A stretch of DNA of 64,000 nt from Pseudomonas sp. (GTDB taxonomy: Bacteria; Pseudomonadota; Gammaproteobacteria; Pseudomonadales; Pseudomonadaceae). The translations under genes were made by a program, and so were the position numbers. The stretch lies in assembly GCF_030150285.1 (NCBI RefSeq), contig NZ_JASLGE010000074.1, positions 25,721 through 89,720 on the forward strand, read 5' to 3'. This document shows, in pieces, positions 29,582 to 38,957 of this stretch (its first letter is position 1; each line of letters begins with the position of its first letter). The notes beneath the pieces are model-generated. The model made no database searches. It saw nothing but the letters and a program-made list of their open reading frames with translations, and was not told the DNA's origin.

Positions 29582-30760
29582 CTACAGCGTGGGTCCAGAT
29601 TGATCCGGGCTCCATTGCCAGAAGGTTGTGCCGTAGTCGCTGCCCTCTATTGCCGGAAAGGTGACACCTTGTTGAACATAGCGGCGGGAGTTGAGTTGGG
29701 CGGGGGTGAACCACCAACCGGATTTCGGGCAGAGTTCGCCGGCAGCCTTGCGTAAGACAGGTTCGTGAGGTGCGGGTTGAGATTTTTGTAACGCGGCGGC
29801 TTTTGCAACGCTATCCATGCTCGGTACAGGGACGCCGCTGACCATGGTGGGGTCTTGGTAACTGTCCAGGATTGGTAAGCCAATGGTTCGTGCCTGCTCC
29901 TCAAGTTCAAAGCGGTATAGCAAGGCACCCATCAGTGAATCCGCATATTCGGCTCGGGTAGCTTCGTTGGGATGGCTGGCACCGCTGAGGCTGGCGGAGG
30001 TTCGTATTATGATATCCAAGCTGTCAAGTAAGGTAGATCCTGTTGTTCGGCTGCCGAGGGTATAACTGAATTCCAACAGCATATTGTCCGCGTACCACTG
30101 CCAGATAAAACCCTCCTTAAGGTTTTGCCAGTCCTTCCATGTAAGTCGGTAGTCAGCGTCCGCTAGAAAAGGGGAGATAAGCTTCATGTTGTTAATGCTG
30201 GGTTGCCGTAAGTAACCATCTTGGAAACTAAAGCTTGCCTGACCTATTAAACGTGGATCGCTCTGCAAAATAAATCGCTTCCAACCCGCTGCCTGAATAC
30301 TGGCTTGAAGGTTTGATACCAGTCCATAGACTTTCCGGTCATAGGCTTCAATCTCGGGATCTAAAGGGCTTCTGAAGATCAGGGCGCTGGGCAACTTGAT
30401 CTGCATGTTGACTTCGTCGATACCGTAATTGTCGCGGGCATTGTCATAAAAAAGTACTGAGGAAGCGGGGGGGAAGAGTAGACCAAATTGAGGATGGCTC
30501 AGACGGAATTGAGCATTTCTAGCGGTGTAAAAAAGTACGCTGCTAACACCAGAGCTTTTGATAGAGAAGCTGGAGTGTTGAATGACCGTGTCGCCTTTCT
30601 CGCCCAAGTTGAACTCAAGTGCGTGAACGTTCATTAATGGGCTCCGATTTATGGTTGTGGAGTAATTTGAAGGTGCATGGCCGATAAAAATTCGAACCAG
30701 GATCAATAGAGTGATTAGCAAGCCTCCCCCGAGTAACCAAAAGCCAGTGCGGCGGCGCAT
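29582..30760 (-). CDS. Membrane-anchored putative T6SS immunity protein with C-terminal CPKSGWWFTPA tail
   Basis: N-terminal basic residues plus TM anchor; starts 2 bp after the candidate effector stop. Confidence 0.7.
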   Translation of the reverse strand: MRRRTGFWLLGGGLLITLLILVRIFIGHAPSNYSTTINRSPLMNVHALEFNLGEKGDTVIQHSSFSIKSSGVSSVLFYTARNAQFRLSHPQFGLLFPPASSVLFYDNARDNYGIDEVNMQIKLPSALIFRSPLDPEIEAYDRKVYGLVSNLQASIQAAGWKRFILQSDPRLIGQASFSFQDGYLRQPSINNMKLISPFLADADYRLTWKDWQNLKEGFIWQWYADNMLLEFSYTLGSRTTGSTLLDSLDIIIRTSASLSGASHPNEATRAEYADSLMGALLYRFELEEQARTIGLPILDSYQDPTMVSGVPVPSMDSVAKAAALQKSQPAPHEPVLRKAAGELCPKSGWWFTPAQLNSRRYVQQGVTFPAIEGSDYGTTFWQWSPDQSGPTL

Positions 30761-30762
30761 GG

Positions 30763-31953
30763 TCAGGACTCCTTCCAGGCTGAAATTACCTGCATTTGCT
30801 GAATCATGTACGGACGAAACTGGCCTTCAAAGTCACGGCCTTGCGTCATTAACTTATGGTATTGGGCTAGGATCTCTTTTACATACGTCATCCGGTCCTC
30901 CGGTTTGTAGAGCTTGCCGTGCTCCAGTTCCATGGTGACAGTGACGTCTTTTTCGGTAAGGCCGGAAGGCTCCAGTTCTCGCACTTCAATTTCGCGGGTA
31001 ATCAAGGGTGCAGCGTTAAATACCAGCGAAGGATCCTTGGCTCCGAGCATGTTCCATAAACGCCTTCCTAAATCGTTGTTGTCGATGGCAAATTTGAATT
31101 CAGGATGGTCGTAAACCATCGCTTGTAAGTGGTGATTTTGCTCATGCTGCAGAAATAACTCGGCGCTTTTGAAAGCTACCCGCTCCTTAAGTTTTTGTAG
31201 GCCAGAGCTTTTTAAAATTTCATATTTTTCTATTTGGCGAAACCCATTTTTCAAATCCTCCGTCGCCTTGCACTGCTTCATCTCCACCAACGCACCTTTG
31301 CCGTCAGTCAGGTTCATCTGCCAATTGAGTTTCCGGATATCCAACACCCGCATTTTCCTTTCAAGGTCATTGCGCAAGGCGGTGTTCTCCCCCATGGACC
31401 ACGGCATTGTCTTCATTTTTTCAAGGATCACCGGGTCGTAGGTGGTTACATCCCGGCAGTCGACATCGCGGAAGAACACGTCACTGCCAAACTTTCGCCA
31501 ATAGAGCATCCATGGAGTGATTTCAAGAAAGACCCAAAAATTACCTTTTAATAGATAGTAATAAGTGACACGAGACATGAGCCTGACTTGCCCCACCACT
31601 TCATCAAATTTGCTTTCAGCAAACTCAATACCGTCTACCACTTGCTTCGCAGCAAACGCCGCCAGCCCGGCCCAATAGAAACGGCCTTGGTGTTCAGTGC
31701 CTTCATCCTCCAAAAACAGTTGCGCATAATTGCCAGCAGTTCGTTTGGCGCGCCTCAAAACCTTGGGGATCAGGACATTGTTTTCCGCGAGCAATGTGAT
31801 GCTCTCCGCTTGAACGAGAGACCATAAATCGCAGCAAGTCGCTACAGCGTCTTCGGTCGCGCCGAGTTCCGCGCGGGTGTGAGCCTGTTTCAGGGCTCTA
31901 CCTTTAACGTAGGTAACACCTTCTTCTGTGTCGACAATCCTGGATGCGCTCAT
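30763..31953 (-). CDS. DUF2515-like protein, candidate T6SS cargo effector
   Basis: YAQLFLE...RFYWAGLAAFAAKQV...LLKGNFWVFLEI...HEQ..LQ...Y motifs; directly downstream of vgrG. Confidence 0.65.
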   Translation of the reverse strand: MSASRIVDTEEGVTYVKGRALKQAHTRAELGATEDAVATCCDLWSLVQAESITLLAENNVLIPKVLRRAKRTAGNYAQLFLEDEGTEHQGRFYWAGLAAFAAKQVVDGIEFAESKFDEVVGQVRLMSRVTYYYLLKGNFWVFLEITPWMLYWRKFGSDVFFRDVDCRDVTTYDPVILEKMKTMPWSMGENTALRNDLERKMRVLDIRKLNWQMNLTDGKGALVEMKQCKATEDLKNGFRQIEKYEILKSSGLQKLKERVAFKSAELFLQHEQNHHLQAMVYDHPEFKFAIDNNDLGRRLWNMLGAKDPSLVFNAAPLITREIEVRELEPSGLTEKDVTVTMELEHGKLYKPEDRMTYVKEILAQYHKLMTQGRDFEGQFRPYMIQQMQVISAWKES

Positions 31954-31975
31954 CACCTATCTCCGTGGTTACTGC

Positions 31976-34660
31976 TCAAAAAGAGTCGCCTTCGACCTTG
32001 ATTTGTGGGTAGGTCATATGCAGCTGGGCCGGCTCTGGTTGAGCGGCAAAGTGTCGACGGGTTTGAGCCGTCGCATCGCTGATCGCTCTACTGCGAAGGT
32101 CGCCTGCGCGGATATCAAGGATTTGATCGATTTCAGGTAAGGGAACACCGGCAGCGTCTTTCAGAATAAAAGCGAGTTCGGTGGCACCTTGGCTCTGTGA
32201 CATGACGTCGAGGTTGAGCGTGTGTTTGGCACCCCCCAGCAGCGGATGCTCACTGCCTTTGACGCGAAATAGCCCCGGACAGGCAAACGTAATGTCGCCA
32301 CCTTGCAAGGTAATACTCGACGAACCGGCTTGTAGGACGACTCTGGTCTTGGCGATCAAGTCGATCCTGCCGGCGGTCGCGGTAAAGGTCGCGGCCTGAT
32401 CGGCCAGCAACTCCATACGGTCTGTATGTGCCTGCAGGCTTACCGCTCCCTTTTCTGCGATCACCTTGGCACCGCCTTTGGCGGTGTACCACCGCAGGTT
32501 GCCACCGCTGACCCCAGCTAGAGTATGAGCGGCGGTCAACTGCAGGTCCTGTTGGCTGGTCAGTTGTATTTGCTGCCCGGCATACGCATGGCTGCTGGCT
32601 GGGGTGGCAATCGTCAGATGGTCTGGCGTCTCCAGCACCATGTGCGGTGCGCTGAAGCGCTCCACGGCTTGTTCAGTGTCGGGTTGAATGGCGCTTTGCC
32701 CATTGACCTGATCGGGATAGTGCGCGTCTTTACGTGGGTTCAGCGCATTGGCCAGTTCTTCTTGCGCAGCGTGGGTGGCCATGTGCCCTGCTTGTGCCTG
32801 TTGCGCGGCTTGGCTCAACCGTTCGGCGGTGGCCACGGCGCCGTAGAGTTGGTCGAGTGCCGCGTTCATCTGCATCTGCGTGGCCTGTGCGCCCGTTTGA
32901 AGGCTGGCGGACAGGAGCAACCCTTCAGCCGCTCGGACTTGCCCCCAGCCTTCGGTCGTCTGGGTGAATCCGAGCCCCTGATACGCGCTGCGTTTTTTGC
33001 CGTCACTGGCAATGGCATACCCCAGTGTCAGCGCGCTGCGCGCTGTTTGGTTAGCGAGTTGTTGGCGCAATTGACCTTGGGCGTCATCCAATTGCCAATG
33101 GCTGGCGGATTGGCCGCCCAGGGTAAACGTCTGTACCCCGCTGATCGTGCCAGGATGGTTAGCGGGTGCATCAATACCGGCACTGAACGGGGTAACGGCC
33201 TCGCCGTTGTAGACCTGAGCGATGACCACAGGCTGGTCAATGTCGGCATGGGCGTAGCTGATCACCACCTCACTGCCGATGCGCGGCGTGAAATTCTGGC
33301 CGAAGTGCGCACCGGCCAGCGCTTCAGCGACGCGAACCCATGCCCCTGACGTTTCGTTGCCAGGGGCATGCGCGCCGTCTTGCAAGCCGCCTGCTAAGGG
33401 GCGTTCACCTCGCTGCCAAAAAAATTGCACGCGCACCTGGTGATCTCTGTTGCTGGTGATGCTGTGTTGCTCGGCCCCCACCACGGTGGCGGTTTGCACG
33501 CCGGGAGCCTGCGGGCGCGCTAGTCGGATCGGGACGAGCGGGACGTTCGGTGCATTGGCGTGGAAGTCATTGGCATAGGTGCCGTGTTCAGCGCTGGGCT
33601 GCCCCAGCCGAGTGGCGAAAGACAGGCCGAGATTATTCGTTGCCACATGCCTGATTCGTCGACAGACCAGTGGAATTGGGCCCAGTTCCGGGTGTTGATC
33701 CAAGGTGTAGCGAATACCCGGATGTAACGAGCGCGTAGCGCTTTCACCCTGGTAGCTATGGGTGTCCAGGCGATGTGAGCTCAAACGATGGCTGGCAGCC
33801 TGGCGTGCTTGGTCCGATGTCGCGAAACCGGTGCCAGGGGTTGCATCAAATACTTCCAGTTCGGGCAATAGAGGCCCTTGCGCGCTAGCGCTTTTGACGC
33901 TGGCGCTCAACCCCTGTAGTTGCTCGGCGTTCCAAGCACAGGCCGTCGCAGTATTAGAGGTGATTCGGCGTTGCTCGCCCAGCCGACGGATACCATCATC
34001 CGCTTGCGCTGTGTCTTCACGGGTAAAGATCTGCACGCCACCGTCGGGCCATTGGTAGTCACGGTCGACAATCACCAGCTTAGGGGCATTGTCCAAGCGT
34101 GGTTCGTGTTCAAAGTAATAACTCAAACCCTCTTCGGACAGCAGGCGGCAGACGAATTCATAGTCGGTCTCGCGGTACTGCGTGCATAGCGCACGTCTGG
34201 GCAATAGTTGGGTCACGCGCGCGTCCCACTGGGCTTGTGGATAGTCGGCAAAAATGCGCGTGACAATCTCCAACGCATCCAGATCCTGGAAGATCACAGT
34301 ATTGCGGCGTCGTTTAAGCTGGCCCAGCCAACTCCCGACACGCAGACGGTAGCGTGCGATACCGCCGTCACTGCCGAGCTGTTCTGCGTTGATGACCACG
34401 CCTTGCCAACTGCGCGGCTGACCATCGATCTGCGCCAGTTGCAGGAGCATCGCTGTGCCCGGTAAGGCCGTCACGTTCAATAGAGCGCAAGGGCTGATAC
34501 AGTCGAGGGTAAAGGTCAGTTCTTCATTGATCGCTTCGCTGCCTTCCCAGCATTCCACTACCAAGGCGTCGGGTAGCACGGTTTGCAGGTGCAACAGGCG
34601 GTTGTGCTGCGAGAGCAACGAGGACCAATCGGTGGCGTCCATGTCTGCCGGTGAGAGCAT
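31976..34660 (-). CDS. vgrG: VgrG with DUF2345 and short C-terminal (transthyretin-like) extension
   Basis: CTQYRETDYEFVCRLLSEEGL, WVRVAEALAG...PRIGSEV...DIDQPVVI. Confidence 0.95.
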   Translation of the reverse strand: MLSPADMDATDWSSLLSQHNRLLHLQTVLPDALVVECWEGSEAINEELTFTLDCISPCALLNVTALPGTAMLLQLAQIDGQPRSWQGVVINAEQLGSDGGIARYRLRVGSWLGQLKRRRNTVIFQDLDALEIVTRIFADYPQAQWDARVTQLLPRRALCTQYRETDYEFVCRLLSEEGLSYYFEHEPRLDNAPKLVIVDRDYQWPDGGVQIFTREDTAQADDGIRRLGEQRRITSNTATACAWNAEQLQGLSASVKSASAQGPLLPELEVFDATPGTGFATSDQARQAASHRLSSHRLDTHSYQGESATRSLHPGIRYTLDQHPELGPIPLVCRRIRHVATNNLGLSFATRLGQPSAEHGTYANDFHANAPNVPLVPIRLARPQAPGVQTATVVGAEQHSITSNRDHQVRVQFFWQRGERPLAGGLQDGAHAPGNETSGAWVRVAEALAGAHFGQNFTPRIGSEVVISYAHADIDQPVVIAQVYNGEAVTPFSAGIDAPANHPGTISGVQTFTLGGQSASHWQLDDAQGQLRQQLANQTARSALTLGYAIASDGKKRSAYQGLGFTQTTEGWGQVRAAEGLLLSASLQTGAQATQMQMNAALDQLYGAVATAERLSQAAQQAQAGHMATHAAQEELANALNPRKDAHYPDQVNGQSAIQPDTEQAVERFSAPHMVLETPDHLTIATPASSHAYAGQQIQLTSQQDLQLTAAHTLAGVSGGNLRWYTAKGGAKVIAEKGAVSLQAHTDRMELLADQAATFTATAGRIDLIAKTRVVLQAGSSSITLQGGDITFACPGLFRVKGSEHPLLGGAKHTLNLDVMSQSQGATELAFILKDAAGVPLPEIDQILDIRAGDLRSRAISDATAQTRRHFAAQPEPAQLHMTYPQIKVEGDSF

Positions 34661-34671
34661 ATGTAGCTCCT

Positions 34672-35442
34672 TCAGGGTAGGGTAATGGTCAGGCTGGCCG
34701 TGCGTGTCGGAAGCTGAATCACGTTGTCGAGTAAGGCCATTTGCGTACGTGTGCCGGCGGAAAGCGTCAGGTTGAATGCGCTAAAACTGATGACTGCGAC
34801 CACCCCCAGGACGACCGCCGGTGTCCATAACGGCACCTGTCTGCGCAGAAGATGGGTGATGCGGTCGGGTGAGGCCCAATGGGGGGCAAATGCGGTGCGT
34901 TTGCCTTTGAGAAATACCAATTCATCGCCCAAGCGTGCCGTGATGTAGCCCAGTTGCTCTGAGCCTTCTAGGCGGTATTTGCCCTGGAAGCCCAGTAACA
35001 GGCACACGTGGTAGACCTCCAGCGCCTGTAAACGAAGTGCGCCCTTACTGCGCAACTCTTCCAAACAGACGAAGAACTTGTCCCCCGCTAGCTGATCACC
35101 GAACAACGCCAACTGCAGCGGATTGAGCTCCCACTGATCACGGAAGGGGCAATCGGTCGTGCAAAGAATCAACTCGTCAATGGCTGCACAGAACGCGTAT
35201 TTGGCGCCATGGACGTCTTCTTTTGCGATACCCACCGTTGTGGCGGCGTTTTCCATCTTGGCAAGGAAGTGCTTCACCTCAGCACTGAATGCCTGCAGGT
35301 CTTGCGGTACTTGGCGGCGTTGAATCAACAGCAGCAGATAGAAACCATCGGACATCAGGTCGATCAGGCTTTGTGGGGCGTTGCCTATGCGAGTGACAGG
35401 TTCGGCCGAAGCAGGCAGGTGAGGGGCACTGGTAGGGGTCAT
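34672..35442 (-). CDS. tssL: T6SS TssL/DotU
   Basis: YAFCAAIDE, PLQLALFGDQLAGDKFF, LLGFQGKY, C-terminal TM. Confidence 0.93.
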   Translation of the reverse strand: MTPTSAPHLPASAEPVTRIGNAPQSLIDLMSDGFYLLLLIQRRQVPQDLQAFSAEVKHFLAKMENAATTVGIAKEDVHGAKYAFCAAIDELILCTTDCPFRDQWELNPLQLALFGDQLAGDKFFVCLEELRSKGALRLQALEVYHVCLLLGFQGKYRLEGSEQLGYITARLGDELVFLKGKRTAFAPHWASPDRITHLLRRQVPLWTPAVVLGVVAVISFSAFNLTLSAGTRTQMALLDNVIQLPTRTASLTITLP

Positions 35443-36785
35443 GGCATCAGGGCTAGCAATTCAAGTTTCAATTCACAGAGGCCGTTAGGGATGTACACCG
35501 TGACGGTCTGGCCTTTGAGCATGTGTTCGTACAACGCGCCGCGTGGTTCCAAGGCGAAGTACAGCATGCCAGGCCGCACCGGGATCGCCGACGGAGGCAC
35601 TGGGGTGTAGGTCAACGTCACACCAGGCATGGACGAGGTAACCAGTTTTTCAACCGTGTCCGGCGAGCCAATTTTTACGGTGCGTGGCACGATCTCGGCG
35701 AGTTCTGCCCCGGACTTTTGCGCACTGACACCCAAGTAGAGGGTGCTGTTGGCGTCGATGCGCTCATTGTCCAAGCGTCCCTGGTGGTAGGCGGGTTTCA
35801 CCTGGGCAAGTGCGATGCTGAAGTAGCGAGCGGAAATCACCGTGTCCACCAGCGTGTGGATGATGCTGAACAGGGTGTTGAAGCCAGGAGCTGGGTGGCT
35901 ATGGTCGTAAGGCGGTAGATCAGCCAGGCGATGAGTCTTGGAAAACGTCAGCAGGGCACCGGCCAAGCGCAGCAACTCTTGGTAAACGCGTTCGGGATGC
36001 AGCCCAGGGTGCTGGAAAAGGTGTGAAAGGCTGGCGCATGCGGTGTTACTGGTGTGTAACAACCAAAATGACGCGATGTCCCCCGCGCGGAACTCAACAA
36101 CATTTTGAGCGGGCTCGCGGTGGCTGTCCTGCATGGCCTGGACTTTGGCATCGAGGGCCTCCAGCAACTGTCGTAGCTTGATCAGCAGGTTGGGCATGGC
36201 GGTCAGATTGACGGAGGGTGCCATGTACTGATCGTCCAGTTCAAAGCCACCGGTACGGCTGCGTCTCAAGCGCGCCATCGGAATGACTTCAAAGGCGTCG
36301 TGCGCCTGGTCTTCTGTCAATAAGCGAACAGCGGGGGCGAGGAATGCCACTTCGCTTTCTTCCGCTTCGGTGAACAGATCTGGCGTTTGAGCATTGCTCT
36401 GCGCATAGCGGCCGGTACTGGTGGCTGAGTCATCCGTGGCCAGGTTGCGAGCGTAGGGGGTCAGTCGTGGCAAGGCCAGGTAGCTAGTGATTTCGGACAC
36501 GCTGAGCGGTAAATCCTGCAGTGCAATGGCCGGTGGCAGTGACGCACCTTCGGGGGCACAATACAGTTCGCCGCCCGGAAATACGGCGGACACTTCCAGC
36601 ACACGCAGCGTGCCCTGTGCGAGGCTCACTTTGTCGAGCTTGAGCTGTTGGATGCCCCAGGCATAAGGCTGCAGCAACTGGCTCATCTGACTCAGCCTTG
36701 ATTCGTGGTAACGGTCTTGCTGCTGAAAAAGTTGCGGGCGTAGAAACAGCCCCTCACCCCACAGTATTTTGGCGGTATGACTCAA
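35439..36785 (-). CDS. tssK: T6SS baseplate TssK
   Basis: KILWGEGLFLRPQLFQQQDRYHE; HPERVYQELLRLAGAL. Confidence 0.95.
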   Translation of the reverse strand: MSHTAKILWGEGLFLRPQLFQQQDRYHESRLSQMSQLLQPYAWGIQQLKLDKVSLAQGTLRVLEVSAVFPGGELYCAPEGASLPPAIALQDLPLSVSEITSYLALPRLTPYARNLATDDSATSTGRYAQSNAQTPDLFTEAEESEVAFLAPAVRLLTEDQAHDAFEVIPMARLRRSRTGGFELDDQYMAPSVNLTAMPNLLIKLRQLLEALDAKVQAMQDSHREPAQNVVEFRAGDIASFWLLHTSNTACASLSHLFQHPGLHPERVYQELLRLAGALLTFSKTHRLADLPPYDHSHPAPGFNTLFSIIHTLVDTVISARYFSIALAQVKPAYHQGRLDNERIDANSTLYLGVSAQKSGAELAEIVPRTVKIGSPDTVEKLVTSSMPGVTLTYTPVPPSAIPVRPGMLYFALEPRGALYEHMLKGQTVTVYIPNGLCELKLELLALMP

Positions 36786-36828
36786 TGGAGAGGCTCCTTG
36801 TAAGGTGCGGCTAATCGGAAGCGTTCGT

Positions 36829-37419
36829 TCATCGTGAGCTCGGGCATTTGACGGTCGCCAGCGTGTCGGTCGTGCCTGCGGTGGCGTTGATCAGTGCTCC
36901 CTGCGTGGAGGTCAGGGCGCAGGCATGCACCCCCAGGGTGATACCCGTTGTGGCTGACGCGTTGGCGTCGTACGCAAAGCGCCAACGCCGCTCGGCCGGC
37001 TGCCGAAAAAACGCCACGATGCCGATATAGGCGGCCCCGTTTTCCAGCTTTTCGTTGAGTTCGTAATGCTGCTCGGGCATCAAGAGCATTTCCCTCGAAT
37101 TGACCAAGTCTGAGCCCAATGCTCGTTGCTCCTGGGTATCGTCCAGAAAGCTGTCGAACGGTGTCTGTTCAAAGCGCTCTGTGGCGCGTAAGTGGTAAAT
37201 CTTGATGACCTGCGCCAGAGGCTTTTTATGCGTGCCTTGATTTAAATTGGCCGCCGCATGAATGCGCAGCAGGATCAAGGTGCTCTTGTCTTCCTGGGGA
37301 TCGTTACTTGAGCACCCTGCCAGGGCAAGCGTCAGTAATAAAAGTACCAGTTTGGCGTTTTCTATGTATCTCCCCAGGATGATACAGAGCGGGCTTATGC
37401 TTCGTGTATGTCGTTGCAT
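36829..37419 (-). CDS. tssJ: T6SS lipoprotein TssJ
   Basis: LALAGC lipobox; IYHLR, YIGIVAFFRQP...WR. Start uncertain. Confidence 0.88.
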   Translation of the reverse strand: MQRHTRSISPLCIILGRYIENAKLVLLLLTLALAGCSSNDPQEDKSTLILLRIHAAANLNQGTHKKPLAQVIKIYHLRATERFEQTPFDSFLDDTQEQRALGSDLVNSREMLLMPEQHYELNEKLENGAAYIGIVAFFRQPAERRWRFAYDANASATTGITLGVHACALTSTQGALINATAGTTDTLATVKCPSSR

Positions 37420-37861
37420 CAGTAAATAACTCTAGGGCGGATCAAAGTAGATGACGTGTTCATCTGAGTAGTAAGCTCGCCTGTATTGACGATGCAAAGC
37501 ACTTGTAATTACTCGGTTTGATGAATCACTTGCTCCCGCAACTGGCACGAGATGTGATTGAAAACTCGCTTCATCCAATTTGAGGGTCTTTAAAGGGTTT
37601 GGTCAAGCGGTGCAAGGGGTTGTCAGTGCTTTTAATTTTTACAATCGGCATGTTTCTCTATGTTTTGTAGGAATAGTTAATTTGCTTCGTAGGTATTTAC
37701 TGCTTGTTATAAGTTCCGTACAAATTCGTTCAAAAATTGTTTGCAGGCGTTTTTTTATTGATGTACGGTTCGATCTATTAGTTGCGGCGGTAAAGAGTTC
37801 TCTGGTCGCTACGAATCTGACATAACTCTACATAGGGCGACTTTGGTCTTGGGGGATAGTT

Positions 37862-38410
37862 GTGCGTTTACTTTTTGCTGTGATGGGTTTCTGTATGCTT
37901 GCAGGTTGTGCATTACAGTCTGAAAAAAGTGCTGTTGTCACATTTGAACATATGATGTTTAAGGCTGACGAACGCATACAAGCGCGTAACTTTGAGGCGG
38001 GTAGAAAGTTACTCTCAGAGGCTGCCGCGATGGAGCCTACCCGCAAAGAGCCATGGTTGCGCCAGGCTGAATTGGAGTTTGAGGCGGAGAATTATGGTGC
38101 GGCTATCCTGGCTGCGCAGGAGGTGCTGCAGCGCGATGCAGTCAATACGCGCGCCGACGCCATTCTTACGGTGTCTGGCTTGCGGGTTGCCGTGCAGTCG
38201 TTAGGGCGGTTGCGCGACGAGAAAGACGTCAATGGTCCCGTCCATCAAGAAGCTCGAAAGCTTGCGGCAAAGTTGCGCGAAACCCTGGGTGCCAAGGCTT
38301 TGCTGCCCAAAGCCAGGGCCGTGCCGCGTAAGCCGATGGTTACTCCCGTCAAAGTGACGCCGGCGGCGTCGAGCTCCAATCCATTCTCTAGCCTGCCTGG
38401 CATGAATTGA
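37862..38410 (+). CDS. TPR lipoprotein upstream of tssB (TagM/TslA-like)
   Basis: MLAGC lipobox; PTRKEPWLRQAELEFEAENYGAAILAAQEVLQRD TPR; SGLRVA motif. Confidence 0.75.
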   Translation: MRLLFAVMGFCMLAGCALQSEKSAVVTFEHMMFKADERIQARNFEAGRKLLSEAAAMEPTRKEPWLRQAELEFEAENYGAAILAAQEVLQRDAVNTRADAILTVSGLRVAVQSLGRLRDEKDVNGPVHQEARKLAAKLRETLGAKALLPKARAVPRKPMVTPVKVTPAASSSNPFSSLPGMN

Positions 38411-38453
38411 GTGTGAACCCTTAGGTAAGTCTTTGATTGAGGCGGGACCGGCT

Positions 38454-38957
38454 ATGGCAAAAAAGGAAAGTGTGCAAAAGCGCCTGCAAAAGGTGCGGGC
38501 ACCAAGGATTCAGCTGACCTATGACGTTGAGATCGGCGACGCCATTGAGCAGAAAGAACTGCCCTTCGTGGTTGGGGTCTTGGGCGATTTTTCCGGGAAT
38601 CCGGAAACACCCTTGGCACGTCCCAAGGATCGGAAATTTGTCTCGCTGGATCGGGACAATTTTGACGAGGTCATGGCCGCCATGATGCCTCGCGCCACGT
38701 ATCGGGTTGCCAATGCACTGGCAGGGGAGGGGGAGTTCGGCGTGACCTTGAACTTCCAATCGCTGGAGGATTTTGGGCCAGAGGCGCTCATTCGTCAGGT
38801 GCCGGCACTCAATAAACTGCATGAGGCTCGAAGCAAACTAGCGGACATGCGCAACAAAATCTCGACCAACGAGACCCTTGAAGACGTGCTCAGCGAGGTG
38901 CTGACCAATACCGAGCAGATGGCCACAATTTGCCGCGAATCTCAGGGGGATGTATGA
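38454..38957 (+). CDS. tssB: T6SS sheath small subunit TssB
   Basis: PRIQLTYDVE...ELPFVVGVLGDFSG. Confidence 0.96.
   Translation: MAKKESVQKRLQKVRAPRIQLTYDVEIGDAIEQKELPFVVGVLGDFSGNPETPLARPKDRKFVSLDRDNFDEVMAAMMPRATYRVANALAGEGEFGVTLNFQSLEDFGPEALIRQVPALNKLHEARSKLADMRNKISTNETLEDVLSEVLTNTEQMATICRESQGDV

Noticed and set aside
37543..37558. Sigma54 promoter (TGGCACGAGATGTGAT) between tssJ and the TPR lipoprotein gene
   Set aside because: The -24 element matches but the -12 GC is absent (GA), and no activator gene is present in the locus.
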